A stretch of 64,000 bases of DNA from Antedon mediterranea (taxonomy: Eukaryota > Animalia > Echinodermata). Where the stretch lies: assembly GCF_964355755.1 (NCBI RefSeq), contig NC_092675.1, positions 22,726,912 through 22,790,911 on the forward strand, given 5' to 3'. The notes below the pieces were generated by a model. It did not search any database. It was not told where the DNA came from and saw only the letters and a list, made by a program, of their open reading frames with translations. Position numbers and translations under genes: made by a program. Below are positions 1 to 12,200 of the stretch, piece after piece; the first letter of the stretch is position 1, and each line of letters opens with the position of its first letter.

Positions 1-661
1 CAAATTGGAGATATTAACTTCATGATAGTACAGTATAGCGAATTATTGCTACAGTGAAGACATCATCAGGATTTGGTACGACATACTACTATCCATTTTG
101 TATTCAATAAAATATGGTGCTTCACAATGACAATATGATCCAATACGATGGACGATTAACATGAGTATGGTACTTTAATATGAATTTGAAAATGGTCATT
201 CGTCATTCATAGCCAAATTCTTAAATGTGGGAAAAAGGAATAAGCCCCCTCCACCCCCTTCTACATAAATTAACGTCCAGTTTTGTAGGTGGGATTATAC
301 CAGCGACTCAAAAGTGTAGGCTAGATACTCACAATTTCACCGACAAAGGGTGCAATTTACATCATTTGTGGCAAAATTAAAATTTTCTGTGATGCAGATA
401 TTTTAATCCGTGATAGATCTGTAATCCAACTTTAATTTTGCCACTTTGTAGATAGAAATTTGTCCCAAAGAGCATTCATCTGTGTTTTAATTCAATGTAC
501 AAAGGTCCTTATTACACGTTATATTTTAAAGAAAATTTTTAAATTGTTTAAACATAATTTTTTAAAGATGGTTCTGCTTTCAGTTTTATTAGTGTTGTTA
601 CCAAAAAATCACTGATTTTTTAAGGCATCAAACATGTGTACAGTAGTAGTCTGGGTTGGGA

Positions 662-2824
662 CAGTGGGAAAGCCACTTCGCGTTTTGACCGTTAAATCGT
701 GTAAAATCGACTTACTTCCGCATTGACGATTTTGAAGCGCCACCTATCGTTGAAAACTGAAACCACGATTTTTCGTCGCCTAGCAAATAAGTGCTGTTTT
801 ATTTTAAGCTCTCATGAATATTTAAGAACCGCCCAACATTACCTATTATGGTAAAAGCATTTCCTAATAAGTATTATTGAATAACCAATCGGTTTCCTTC
901 AAAGAAACCGAAGCTAATACAATACATTCGGCGACTGAAGTCGGGACTCGTGAAATTTATAAATGTGGTACGATTTGACTAATGTTTTGTTGTCCATTTT
1001 CTGAATAGTCGGAGGTGCATCCCAACAAATTAAAAAAATTATAATCAATTGTTTTATCAAGAATAATATTAGTTTAATCGAGTATGATATATTTCTATCC
1101 TGTTCAAAATTTGTTGATGTATTCTCAGGCCTCGAAAGGTAGGTACATTTTCTAGTTGTGAGCGTGGTTTCGGCAACGCGAGACACGTGTGTCAGTATAG
1201 GCGATAGCGAGACGTGTCTTGTACTGTGTTGATGCTGATCCGATAGTCGTTAAGTTGTACTGATTACGAGTATCATTGGTCCTGGCCGGCCTAGCCTGGT
1301 GATCTGATCCCCGCAAAAAAAAAAAAACTTTTTTCCAATCAGTATTAATATTATTATTTTGTTTTTCATTTATTATTTGATTTATTAGGCTCAATAGATG
1401 CCTAGCTAGACTACTAGTAGGCCTAGATTATATAAATAATAATAGTAAATACTGTAATTTAATTAATAAAATACAGCTTCCATTTGCCTTACTTTTATGT
1501 CATCATATAATATTATAATTATATATACAACCAGACATTAACATTTTTTTAAAAATAATATTTATTATTTTTTCTGACACTTTCAGGAATCGTTGTTGAT
1601 GATGCAGAGTTTTTGTGACTTCAAACTGAGAGTGAAGTGGATAAAAAGATGACACCGGTACCTACAGACATTGTCATACCCAAACTATAATTTAATTATT
1701 TAAAACAAAATGTTGAATTACAAATATGTATGTTGCAGAGGATTTAGATGAATTACAATACAAATATTTATGTTGAATGCAAACCTACTACACTATACTC
1801 TGTAAATTATGTTATTGTCATGTGGTAGACCTTAAAAATTGAATATTTATTGTATGTTAGGCCTATTTTATATTTTATTAATACTGTATTAGTTTAATAT
1901 TACTATTATTATAATTTATATTATACAGTACTAGTTTGTACATGTTTTTACCAAAAAAAAATGAATAAATAATTTGTTATTCAATCTAATTGCTTGTTTG
2001 TTCATCAATAACAAAACAATTGTAAGCAAGTATATAACAGTTCTTGTTAGACGCTTATTTCAGGTCATATTATTAATATTAGCTAGGCCCGACGCGCCCG
2101 ATCACAACGTCACTAAGTGACTTTCCGCCCCTGGAACAATCGGTCGCTAATATGGCTAGGCCTCGGACTCGTATAAAAGCTATTATAATAGTTATGATAA
2201 ATATTCCTCAACTAAAATGTATACTGTGATAAATAAACAAGTAATAATATACGTTGTATTGGAATGTATTTATTTATATGAATTCTTATACGCGGACAAT
2301 TATAAACATCGCGTATATCGTTCGATATAAATAAATTCATAAACACGATGACGATGTGTTTACAAAATGGCGGTTTCGCTAGTTTTCGATGGAACAAATA
2401 GTGGTACCTTTAGTTTGAATAGTCGGAGCTGCATCCCAACCACCGAATTTTGTATCTTAATATCGTATTCTGTAGATTATTAATTTTTCTAACAGGGATT
2501 TTAAATTCAGGACTGTTCAATTTTTCTAAATATTTTATTTTAATGATTTTCTAGGGTACAATTTCGAAAAAAAGACATTGGTTGATTTTGCCATTAAATT
2601 ACAGATTATCGTTTTGTTAAAATACATTTAATTTTACATGACAATATATTAAAACCATTTATGAATTTATTTCACTAACAATATTTTTCCGATAATCAGC
2701 TAAATTTACAAATATTGTGTTTTTCCAACACCCTAAAATTTAGCAATTTTGAACTAAATTAGAAAAGTAGGGCGCCCTCTCCGAGTCGAAATTTGACACG
2801 ATTTGTCGACTGGCTGTCCCACTG
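662..2824. mobile_element. Non-autonomous DNA transposon with CAGTGGGAnAGCCA termini and 4-bp TSD
   Basis: Left end CAGTGGGAAAGCCA at 662; right end TGGCTGTCCCACTG ending 2824. Similar subterminal segments (AAATCGTGT.AAA..CGACT). GGGA flanks both sides (658-661, 2825-2828). No transposase ORF. Superfamily uncertain. Confidence 0.6.
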
Positions 2825-3494
2825 GGGAGGCTCTAGAAACAAACAACAATTACCATGGGATATTAAACTTCATTTTTGCTAACTATATAATGTAATAACT
2901 AGAACAAAATATATTTAAAATGTATGGTTAAATACAATACACTGGTATAGCAGAAAAACATAATCGAGGGAAAAAAAGACATTAAAACTTGAGATAGTTT
3001 GGGATCGGCAGCACCACACTGAATGCATCTACATGTAAATACAATTTTATTCAGTAGTAAAACACACACCTTAATCTAAAGAAGCCTAGTGTAGTACAGT
3101 ACAGTGTATGAGTCACTAAACCAAGAATATTCTACATGGCCTCATCGTCAATAGACATGTAATTAATTATTCATTTGCTAGCAAATGGCAAACACTGCAC
3201 AGTTACCTTTAAATTGATTTATGCAGTTTTTTTTTGCTATAATGGTTGACTACATGCCTACATCCTTTAATTTTTAACTGTGGCTAAGCTGAGTTGAACT
3301 TGATTACTACAATTTACTTTCTGTGTTTTTGTATTTTTGTTGATCGTCATTGTCCATACTGTACATTAGAAATAATTAAATTAATTCAAATTTTATATCA
3401 GACAATTTTCCATATGGTATAATACATTACAAAAAAAAAATACAAGATGAAGGAGAGTGGACCAAAGCTTTTATCTATTGGTAATGGTATATTA

Positions 3495-3695
3495 TACCTC
3501 TCCATTTGTACTGTAGTCCATCAACAAATATATACAAATTAACATTCTGTTTTCGTTTTTCATTATTCTTGTAAGAAATCGGTAAGTCGAAATCCTCAAA
3601 TATTCATAAAATGATGGAATATTGTTTTCCACAAACAAATTCCTCACACTAACAATATCTGGGTACACTATCAATATGATCTGAACAAACATCTC
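3495..3695 (-). mobile_element. Degenerate non-LTR retrotransposon (LINE) ORF2 3' end relic
   Basis: Translation ...SVRNLFVENNIPSFYEYLRISTYRFLTRI resembles the C-terminal tail of CR1/RTE-X-type LINE ORF2 (recalled motif, not searched). Confidence 0.4.
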
Positions 3696-4061
3696 TAATT
3701 AAATGGGATGGTTGGGATAGAGTAGTAACTATATCATTCATTTCACACATAGTACATTGACTAACATTACTCTATGGTGTAAAATGGTAATACAGTATTT
3801 TAGTAATATAATATAAGAGTAAGACCAAATGATTATTCACGTCACCCTTTTTGGAGTCGCATGGCATAGTACAGTATAAATAGCTTTTTTACTATAGTAT
3901 AACTAGAAAAATTGCTACTGAATTAGTCTCTAATTAAATTTAACTAAGAACATTTCAATACCAAAAAAAATAGTTTTGTAAAGGGGGTAATTTGGGGTGG
4001 GGTGAGGGGGGGGGGAGTGGTACTTGATGGGTAATGCAAAGTTGACTGCTAAAATTATAAA

Positions 4062-4880
4062 GGGTGTCTAGAAAACTCAGATATCTGAGTTTTCTAGATC
4101 TAGAAAACTTAGATATCTGACTTTTCTAGATCTAGAAAACTCCGATATCAATCCGAGTTTTCTAGTTCCAAAATGGAAACCTAGAAAACCCAGATCATCA
4201 AATGGATCATTCCATTATTATTAAAGGGTAGCATATTTGAAATACTACACAGTATATTATACGTTTTCTTACTAATAATAATAATTATTGTAACTTGTAG
4301 TAGCAGCCTACGACTTTAAATTTAAGAAATACAGGCTTAGCATTTAGGCCTAGCTAAGCAAACTCAATTCAAGGCTCAACGTGTGGTGCGCTATCGCGAT
4401 GTATCGCGAAGAGTATGGCTGGTCCTACAGTACTAGACTACAAGTGGTCAACTCGTACCCAAAATAACTCGTACCTATTCCCAACTTGGCTAACTCATAC
4501 CTCAACCAACTCGTACCCACAACAACTCGTACATGCCTCATTTTTAAGTCTACATTTTAACGGTAACATGCACTGTATTTTCTTTATGATTTAAGCCGTA
4601 GGCCGCTTCTACATGTTACAATATTAGTAAGAAAACGTACACAGTAATCAGTTTAATAATACTCTAGTATTTCAAATGACCTACCTGCTGATTAATAATG
4701 GAACGATCCAAATGACCTACCAACCAATCAAATGATGATCTGAGTTTTCTAGTTCCATTTTGGAACTAGAAAAGACAGATATTGATATCTGAGATTTCTA
4801 GATCTAGAAAAGTCAGATATATCTGAGTTTTCTAGATCTAGAAAAGTCTGATATCTGAGATCTGAGTTTTCTTGACACCC
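4062..4880. mobile_element. Foldback MITE (Mutator-like) with long internally repetitive TIRs
   Basis: Starts GGGTGTCTAGAAAACTCAGATATC and ends CTGAGTTTTCTTGACACCC. Inverted arms carry repeated TCTAGATCTAGAAAA units. Central CAACTCGTACC repeats at 4449-4532. Confidence 0.7.
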
Positions 4881-5089
4881 AATAAAAACTAATGAATTAC
4901 TAGATATCACAGTATTTTTGACAGATTAATTGACCCAACGAATGTCATGGATTGCTCACTACAGTGTAACAAGTTTGAATTCATTGAAATTAAAATCTTG
5001 TCTTACTACAGTATAGGTAAATGTGTATACATGCTTGGCGTATCCTTTGCTCATTACTGTAACAAGTTGCAACATGTTCGTTTAAGTAA

Positions 5090-5359
5090 AGCCTGGTTTC
5101 CATAAAATCGCTACACGACAGAGCGTAGCGATTCTTTGGAAACGCTAGAATTTATTGGGAATCTAGTACGCGAGCGCAAAATATTCTTTGGTACGCGTAT
5201 ACGCTTCATCGCCGACAAAATCGGCAAAGTTGAACATGGTTGAACTTTGCCGATTTGACTGCGATGAATCGGGGAGCCTTCCCGATTGCGTCGGCGACAT
5301 CTGCGCGTGTAGCGATTTTAATGGAAACGCTGTAGCGACGATTTTATGGAAACCAGGCT
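5090..5359. mobile_element. PIF/Harbinger-type MITE
   Basis: TIR AGCCTGGTTTCCATAAAATCG / CGATTTTATGGAAACCAGGCT with TAA on both flanks (5087-5089, 5360-5362). Confidence 0.75.
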
Positions 5360-8055
5360 TAAAGCTAGCTACAGTAGTCAGGTGTATATTATTTCAATTA
5401 CAACAAAAACACTGAACCTTGTGTATGTGGTGTGTGTAGAGAGACGTTCTTGGTAGAAATAAATTGGTAGGTAAAGAGTCCATTAATTATGGGGGTGTTC
5501 ACTATTTAAGAAACCTAAACATGTCCCCCGACAAAATGTCAAAATTATTATAATTACTGACCATCAATCGATGGTGTGTAAATGTCCGTCACTTTACCAC
5601 TAAAAATATCATAAACAGTGCGTCAAAATGGGTGCGTCATGGTCACCTAAAGGTAAGTCACATTTTTATTATGGTATTAATAAGGTATGACGCACATCGG
5701 AACAAATGGTACACTCTTTGTTTAGTGGGTCATACAATTGACGTGCATTAGTATTCTATACTCAGGGAAAAATTTCATTTTAAAATTTTGTTTAGCAATA
5801 TTGCGAATCAAACTGATTTTTTAGTCGAGAATCATAGTTTTCTATCGTATTTTTTGCTACACAATTGTAGAAATGTGTAGCAAGAAGGTTGTTTTGTATA
5901 GCTTTTTGCTATGCTACACTGGCGAAATTATTCCCGGATACTGTATATACTATACAGTACTACAGAGTATCACATACACTTTTCTACTCAGTTACAATAT
6001 ATATCAGTGATGTAAATCGGTTCTCTTATTGGTGGTGTACTGATAATTACTGTACTTGAAGTTGAATATCAAGAAAACAAAAGAGGTTGTTATTGATTAT
6101 AGGATACGTGAGTCGATAAAAACCAGTGAGCTGACAATTATGAATGATAAGGTTGAGATTGTAAAACATCATTATAGGTACAATAATTGATGATAAACTT
6201 GAAAACTTTTTAAAACTCATGCGTGAGACTCGCGCATTATGAGTGAGAGTTTTAAGGTATATTATAAGACAATAATGGTATGGTGGTAGCCTAGAATAGG
6301 CCTACCTAGGCCTAGGCCCACAAATGTGTGCACGACGTATCCTTTTGCTGCCTGGGCCTGGTCAGTGTGGTTGTTCTGACCACCACCACCTTCACCACCA
6401 TCAGGCAACACAACTCTTGTTGTTTAAATTAAATTTGGGCACGCATTAAATCAAACACTTACCGACTGTCATGTCACTTGACAAATATGCCTTTGAAAAA
6501 GTATTCAATTTTATTTAAATTTCACAAATATAGCAAAATAAATCAGCCTTTATCTCACTATCTAGAATGGTCACACCCTTTACCGCCGTTAACTTGTGAG
6601 GAGAAATCAGGATTTATTTAAATGAGATATAGCGCCCTCTCTAAAAATATTCATTGTTTTAGGGCTCATCATATTGATCACATTATTCACACATTTTCTA
6701 ATTGAATACGAATTGGAAAATCTGAAAATTCGTACACTTACAAATGTTCATGTTATTCACATTTCTAATAAATTTATTTGTTTATTTCTAAATAATAAAT
6801 TCTAGAACTTGCTTTTCCTACTGATTCCAATTAGCGAAACCGGCGAGATCAGACTAAAAGGCCTACATGCCTACATTCACTTTCAAAATTAATATTTCAA
6901 CCGTTTATTTGAATCAACCCACCCACATTTAATAGTGTGCTTGTTACTTGTTTGGATATTGATTTATTTTACGATAGTTTAAATGTATTTAAGGGTGAAA
7001 TTGTTAAATCTCTTCAATGTTCCAATCTTTGTTGTTTATGTTATTTTTGCTTATTTGAATTTATTATTATAGTTTATTATGTTTAGATTCGACCTGTTGG
7101 TGGCGGTTTCACCGCTGTTGGTTGTGAACTAAATAAAATATAAAAATAAAATAAAATGAAAGGCCTATATAAATGCGTAGTATACGGCTGATATTTTATT
7201 TTACTTACTTTGGAAGTGTGCCACTGTTTCAAAAGTGTTGCTTCCAAATAAATTATTATTATTATTCGAGCGACACATTATTATGTGGAATATTCATTTA
7301 ATCAAATACCAATTACCCATTACATTATAAGTAAGCAGTTGTAAGTTTGTTAATACGTAGGCCTAGTTTATTCTGTTTTGGATCGTTACCATTATCCGAT
7401 AGGGGTGCTAAACGGATTTTTCCTTTTCGTAATTGTATCCTCTCTTCAAAGAGAGAGGGCTATATTGTCGGTTTATCCAGGTAAGCAGGCACGAAATAGA
7501 CTGTTAATCTTAATATTTGTATTTATTTATTTTGTTTTTAATATCTCAGTCTTTTAGTGGAGGTTTTTTTAAAAATCTATGTTGGCTGATTGAATTATAA
7601 AGAATATTTAAAACCTAAAAACACTCAGAAACGATACCTTCGAAATGCAAAGAAACCAGACAGAATAGATGGTTGAGTGGATTACGTAACTTTAAATCAT
7701 ATTTAAGTTAGTTTATAAGTTCTTATCTCACAGTTTATTAACTGATTGTTTGGAATGTTGTGTTCAGCGAATGAATTATGCATTTGAAAGTTGATTAACT
7801 CAAGTTAATCTTGCATAAAAATTACATTTTGGCATATCTATTCTAGAATAACAATTTTACAGTAGAGCTGTCTTTTGGGACCTCAATTCAGAGGAAACCA
7901 TAAAGACACTTTATTGGGGCCCGAAATATATGCACTGATGAAGGGCTGTTTACTTTATCGTTTTGATTTAGCTTTTCGCTTTTTATTTTTGCCACTAATA
8001 CTCACAGCATTGTCATCTTTTTCAGTAATTTGCCTTTGGATTTATATAAATATAT

Positions 8056-8238
8056 ATAATTTGAAACGATAAAGATGAGGAAATCTGTGAGAATGAGAAA
8101 AAGTCGCCCCAACCGAGACTCGAACTCGGACCGCCTTCTTGATATGCAGATGTCCTAACCATTAGAGAGTTCGAGTCTCGGTTGGGGCGACTTTTTCTCA
8201 TTCTCAAAGATTTCCTCATCTTTATCGTTTAAAATTAA
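8056..8238. repeat. Long inverted repeat (about 70-bp arms) built from a tRNA-derived SINE-like head
   Basis: AAACGATAAAGATGAGGAAATCT...GACTCGAACTC is mirrored by GAGTTCGAGTC...CCTCATCTTTATCGTTT. The minus strand shows A-box-like TCTAATGGTTAGG and B-box GTTCGAGTC. Confidence 0.75.
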
Positions 8239-8389
8239 TTAATTAAATTTCAGTATATCACCGGGCGGTTTAGAATTAATGTTCTTTGCCTGTTGTGTTT
8301 ATATAAATATATATATATATATTTAGAATTAATGTTCTTTGCCTATTGTGTTTATATATATATATATATATATAAACTTTATTTATTCA

Positions 8390-8945
8390 CGAGACTGTAT
8401 CGACATTGAGACTATTCCATATGATTGCTCCACGATAAGACTGACTTCGTTTTTTAAAATCGGTTTTGGCTTCGGGATGAATAGATGTGTATCACTGTGC
8501 CTTAAATTAGAATAATTTATATCATTGTATGTAAACATATTATTTAGGAAAGGTGGAGCATTACCATACCTTATAAATAGCCATACAACATTTGTATCTA
8601 TCAGATAAAGGTGACCAATTCATTTGTCTTAATGCCTGAGCATTACTAGGTGTGTCCCATGTTAGACCACACACGATTCGAGCTGTTCTGTTTTAGATAG
8701 TCTGAACTCTTTTCATTAGAGAATTCGACTACTATTTCCCACAAGTAATGTTACAGTAGCTCAAGTGAGGTTTTACAATAGAGTTTGCAATATTTTTAAA
8801 TATATGTTTTGTGGAAAATAATATCTACATCGTCTGGGCATACCCAGTCCATTTAGAGCTTTACCACGAATGTATTCCATTTGATTTTTCCATGATAAAT
8901 TTTTGTCTATTATGATACCGAGATGTTTGCAATTCGAATGTGTGG
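8390..8945 (-). mobile_element. Degenerate CR1/L2-group LINE ORF2 C-terminal relic
   Basis: Frameshifted minus-strand translation: KHLGIIID..SWKNQMEYIRGK..LGM.RR..SIVKPHLSYC..W..FKKRSQSYRGAIIWNSL, typical of the RT thumb and C-terminal tail of this group. Confidence 0.65.
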
Positions 8946-9277
8946 TACAACATCATTATCTATATTAACAGATCTATCTAACTAACAGAACCCCAATAGG
9001 GGTTCAAATGTATTAAAAACAATGCAAAACATTCATGTTTTCTTTTTATTTATTCCAATCAAGAAATACAAAAATATATTATTGTATTAAATACATTAAT
9101 TTTTAAAAATTAAATCATAATTTTGCATATTTTGTAGCATTTATCTCAATTTCTGTACATCTGTGATTGGACCAAATTTTTGCAGAAATTACGGACGTTC
9201 TGTCTCAAGAACCCTGGTAATGTAATGAAGACTTTTCCTTTCAGATGTTTGATTCTTACATTCACAATCGCAACAAT

Positions 9278-12200
9278 CTAAACATAGTGGTTAAGTACAG
9301 ACTCATACTTTTCTTGATGTCCTGAAACGAGCTCCGGTTCTCCATTCTGTTTGACATAGTCCTGTGTGCAGACAAAAATAAACCTTTCTAAATATACACG
9401 ACAGCAGAAAAGCAAGTACAAATCGTTATTTAAAAAAATAGAAGTATCAATATTATTAAAATTTTAGAGAAATAGAGCATTTTTAATAGATAATTGCCTT
9501 TGCCATATGTACATGTACTTAAATAATTGTTCTTTTGTAAAACAGCTACTTGACTATTTAGTTTATTTATTGTTCCCACTTCACTGAGATATGACGAAGC
9601 ATGGGAATAGATACAGTAATTCATGGCTGGTTGCTTCCCCAAATCCCCTACCACAAAACAACACCCTTCCCCACCAAACAATTACTTAGGTTTAAGCTAA
9701 TTTATATGTCATGTGAAAGAGCAGTCAAACCTAATAGTAATAGGAACTTGGTCCTCAGTTTTATAGCCTCCTCCTGTGTGTCATTTTTATTTAATAATTT
9801 GTGATTGTATGTATTTTAGAAGAAATAAATATATTATTATTATTACCTCATCCAAAATACAGTATAATGTGTTCTAGTATTGGAGATTTAAAACCAACTT
9901 ACAACGTACCAATGTACATATTTAATCATCTTTTCTGTATGGATTTTAAATGGATTAGACACATTTCAACTGTTTTAAAGCGACATTAACATTTAGTTTT
10001 TTTGTTTTTATAAATTTAGGCAAAATGCCAAGGATAAACATAAGCGAATTCATTTACTATCCTGTTCACAAGGCAAACATATACACAACATGCTCTACAT
10101 AAACAAAGTCTTATTACAAGTCTTAGGGAGTGGAGGTGTAATTGTCATTAGAAAAAATCCTGACACATAACAGGACTTGAACCCAGGACCCTTGGATTGG
10201 TAGCCAAGCATCATAACCATCAAGACACAACTCCACTAAACATGTTATTGTATAAAATCATTGGGCATAATTACCTCACATTCTTCTAATGAAGAAACAC
10301 CTTTAGCAATTTTGGCTCCTAATCCAGACTCAAAAGAAGCATACCGTTGCTGTTGAATAATATCAAGAATTTTAATTATTAATAATATCAGTTGGATTCA
10401 AATAAATATATATAAATATATTAATAATATTTGAAAAAATAAAATAAATAAACATTAAATAAAAGATCATCAATAAAAATAAGATAATTAAATAAAAGAG
10501 CAACTATTGATTGGGAGGAGATTGCCAGAGTTTTCAGCATTGAGTTAAGCTCTGTTCACACTATCAAACTTCATGTGACAAAAAAATGTGATGTGCCCAT
10601 ATATGGACATGTATTTCACTACCATATTTTGGCACGTCACACTTTGTTTGTCACATAAAGTTTGATACTGCAGACAGAGCTTATGAATGAGCATGAAAAT
10701 TGTGCATAGAACACATACAGTAACTATAATGCATACGCACCTGAACCATGTTTGCTAGAACACCTTCCTCTTTAATTTTGACGGCACTTCGCAACCCTCG
10801 GGCAAAAGAATCCATTGCCCCAATGTGTGCAATAAACATATCATTAAGGTGAGTTGATTCGCGACGAACTTTAGCATCAAAGTTTAATCCACCAGTGGCA
10901 AGACCACCTTGCTCTAATACCGTCTGAAAAACAAAGAGTAATGTAATATAATTCTTTAAAATAATATATATCGTGCATATTGAATAGTGTAAAAAACAAG
11001 TAGGGCTACAGATCCATTTGTTTAAAAGCCAATTAGGCATAGAAAGTTCTTAGATTAAGTTTATTTGGTAATTAAACTTAGTTTTGGAACAAATTAAGCT
11101 CGATTTTTATACTTCATACCTTCATCACCATGGTACAGTTCTTGACATCCATTGGAAACTGATCTGTATCCCAGCCAAGATCAGGTGATCCAGTGTTGGA
11201 ATCAATGGATCCAAGCATATCACATCTATTTAATAATACACATAACATAATATAAGTCATTGAAAAAAGAAACTGTCTTTATCTACAGCACCAGATATTA
11301 TTTACCTTATTCAGGGGACACCACTATTCAAGTACCTAATCAGGGTGATTGACATCCAAATCAGTTTACAACCTTATCAGGGTACATCCATTATACACCC
11401 CTATAATTCAGGGAACACATCTATTTAAAGGACAACACTATTCAGGGGACACATCTATTCAGGGGACGGGACACTACTATTTAGGAGACACACCTACAGT
11501 CAGGGGAAACATCAATTTATTAAGTGACACTACAATTCAGGGGACACCCCTAATCAACTATTATTGGGATACAGTGGGTATCTTTATGAATAGAGGCTCT
11601 ACCGTATTTACTGGGTATATCACAATAATTTACTTTCACACAGTTGATCTGCACGGATTACTACAGTAAATGGTATGCTATACTTACACTGAGGCCATTA
11701 CTACATCATGCTCATAAGGATGTCCAGCTAGTGTGGTGTGGTTTGGTTCAACATTTATCTTAAAATGCTCTTGCAAACCATATGTACGTAAAAATGCTAT
11801 TACAGTCATGGCATCTATGATATAGATAGACAATTTGAATATAAAAATAATATGCGTTGTTATGGTACTGTAGGGTCACGTGTACAAGATAAAATCTAAC
11901 AAAATTCATTTAAAAATAAAAGTCTGGAAACATAGCAAACAGTATATCACAGGAAATAATTGTTTAGATGGTTTTTATTTGTAACATTCAGATATAAAAT
12001 TTAAGTGGAATAGTATCATCATCATTTGCAAACATATAATTGGCAATACCTTTTTATGAAAATATGTGAAGGTAAATTGTTAATAGTTTGTAATTTCAGA
12101 ATTAGTACTAATTAATTATAGGGTTAGAAAATATCCAATCAGTGGCGCATCTACAGTAAGTCTCAGAAGTATTAAATTGTGTATAAGCTAGGGTGCAGGA

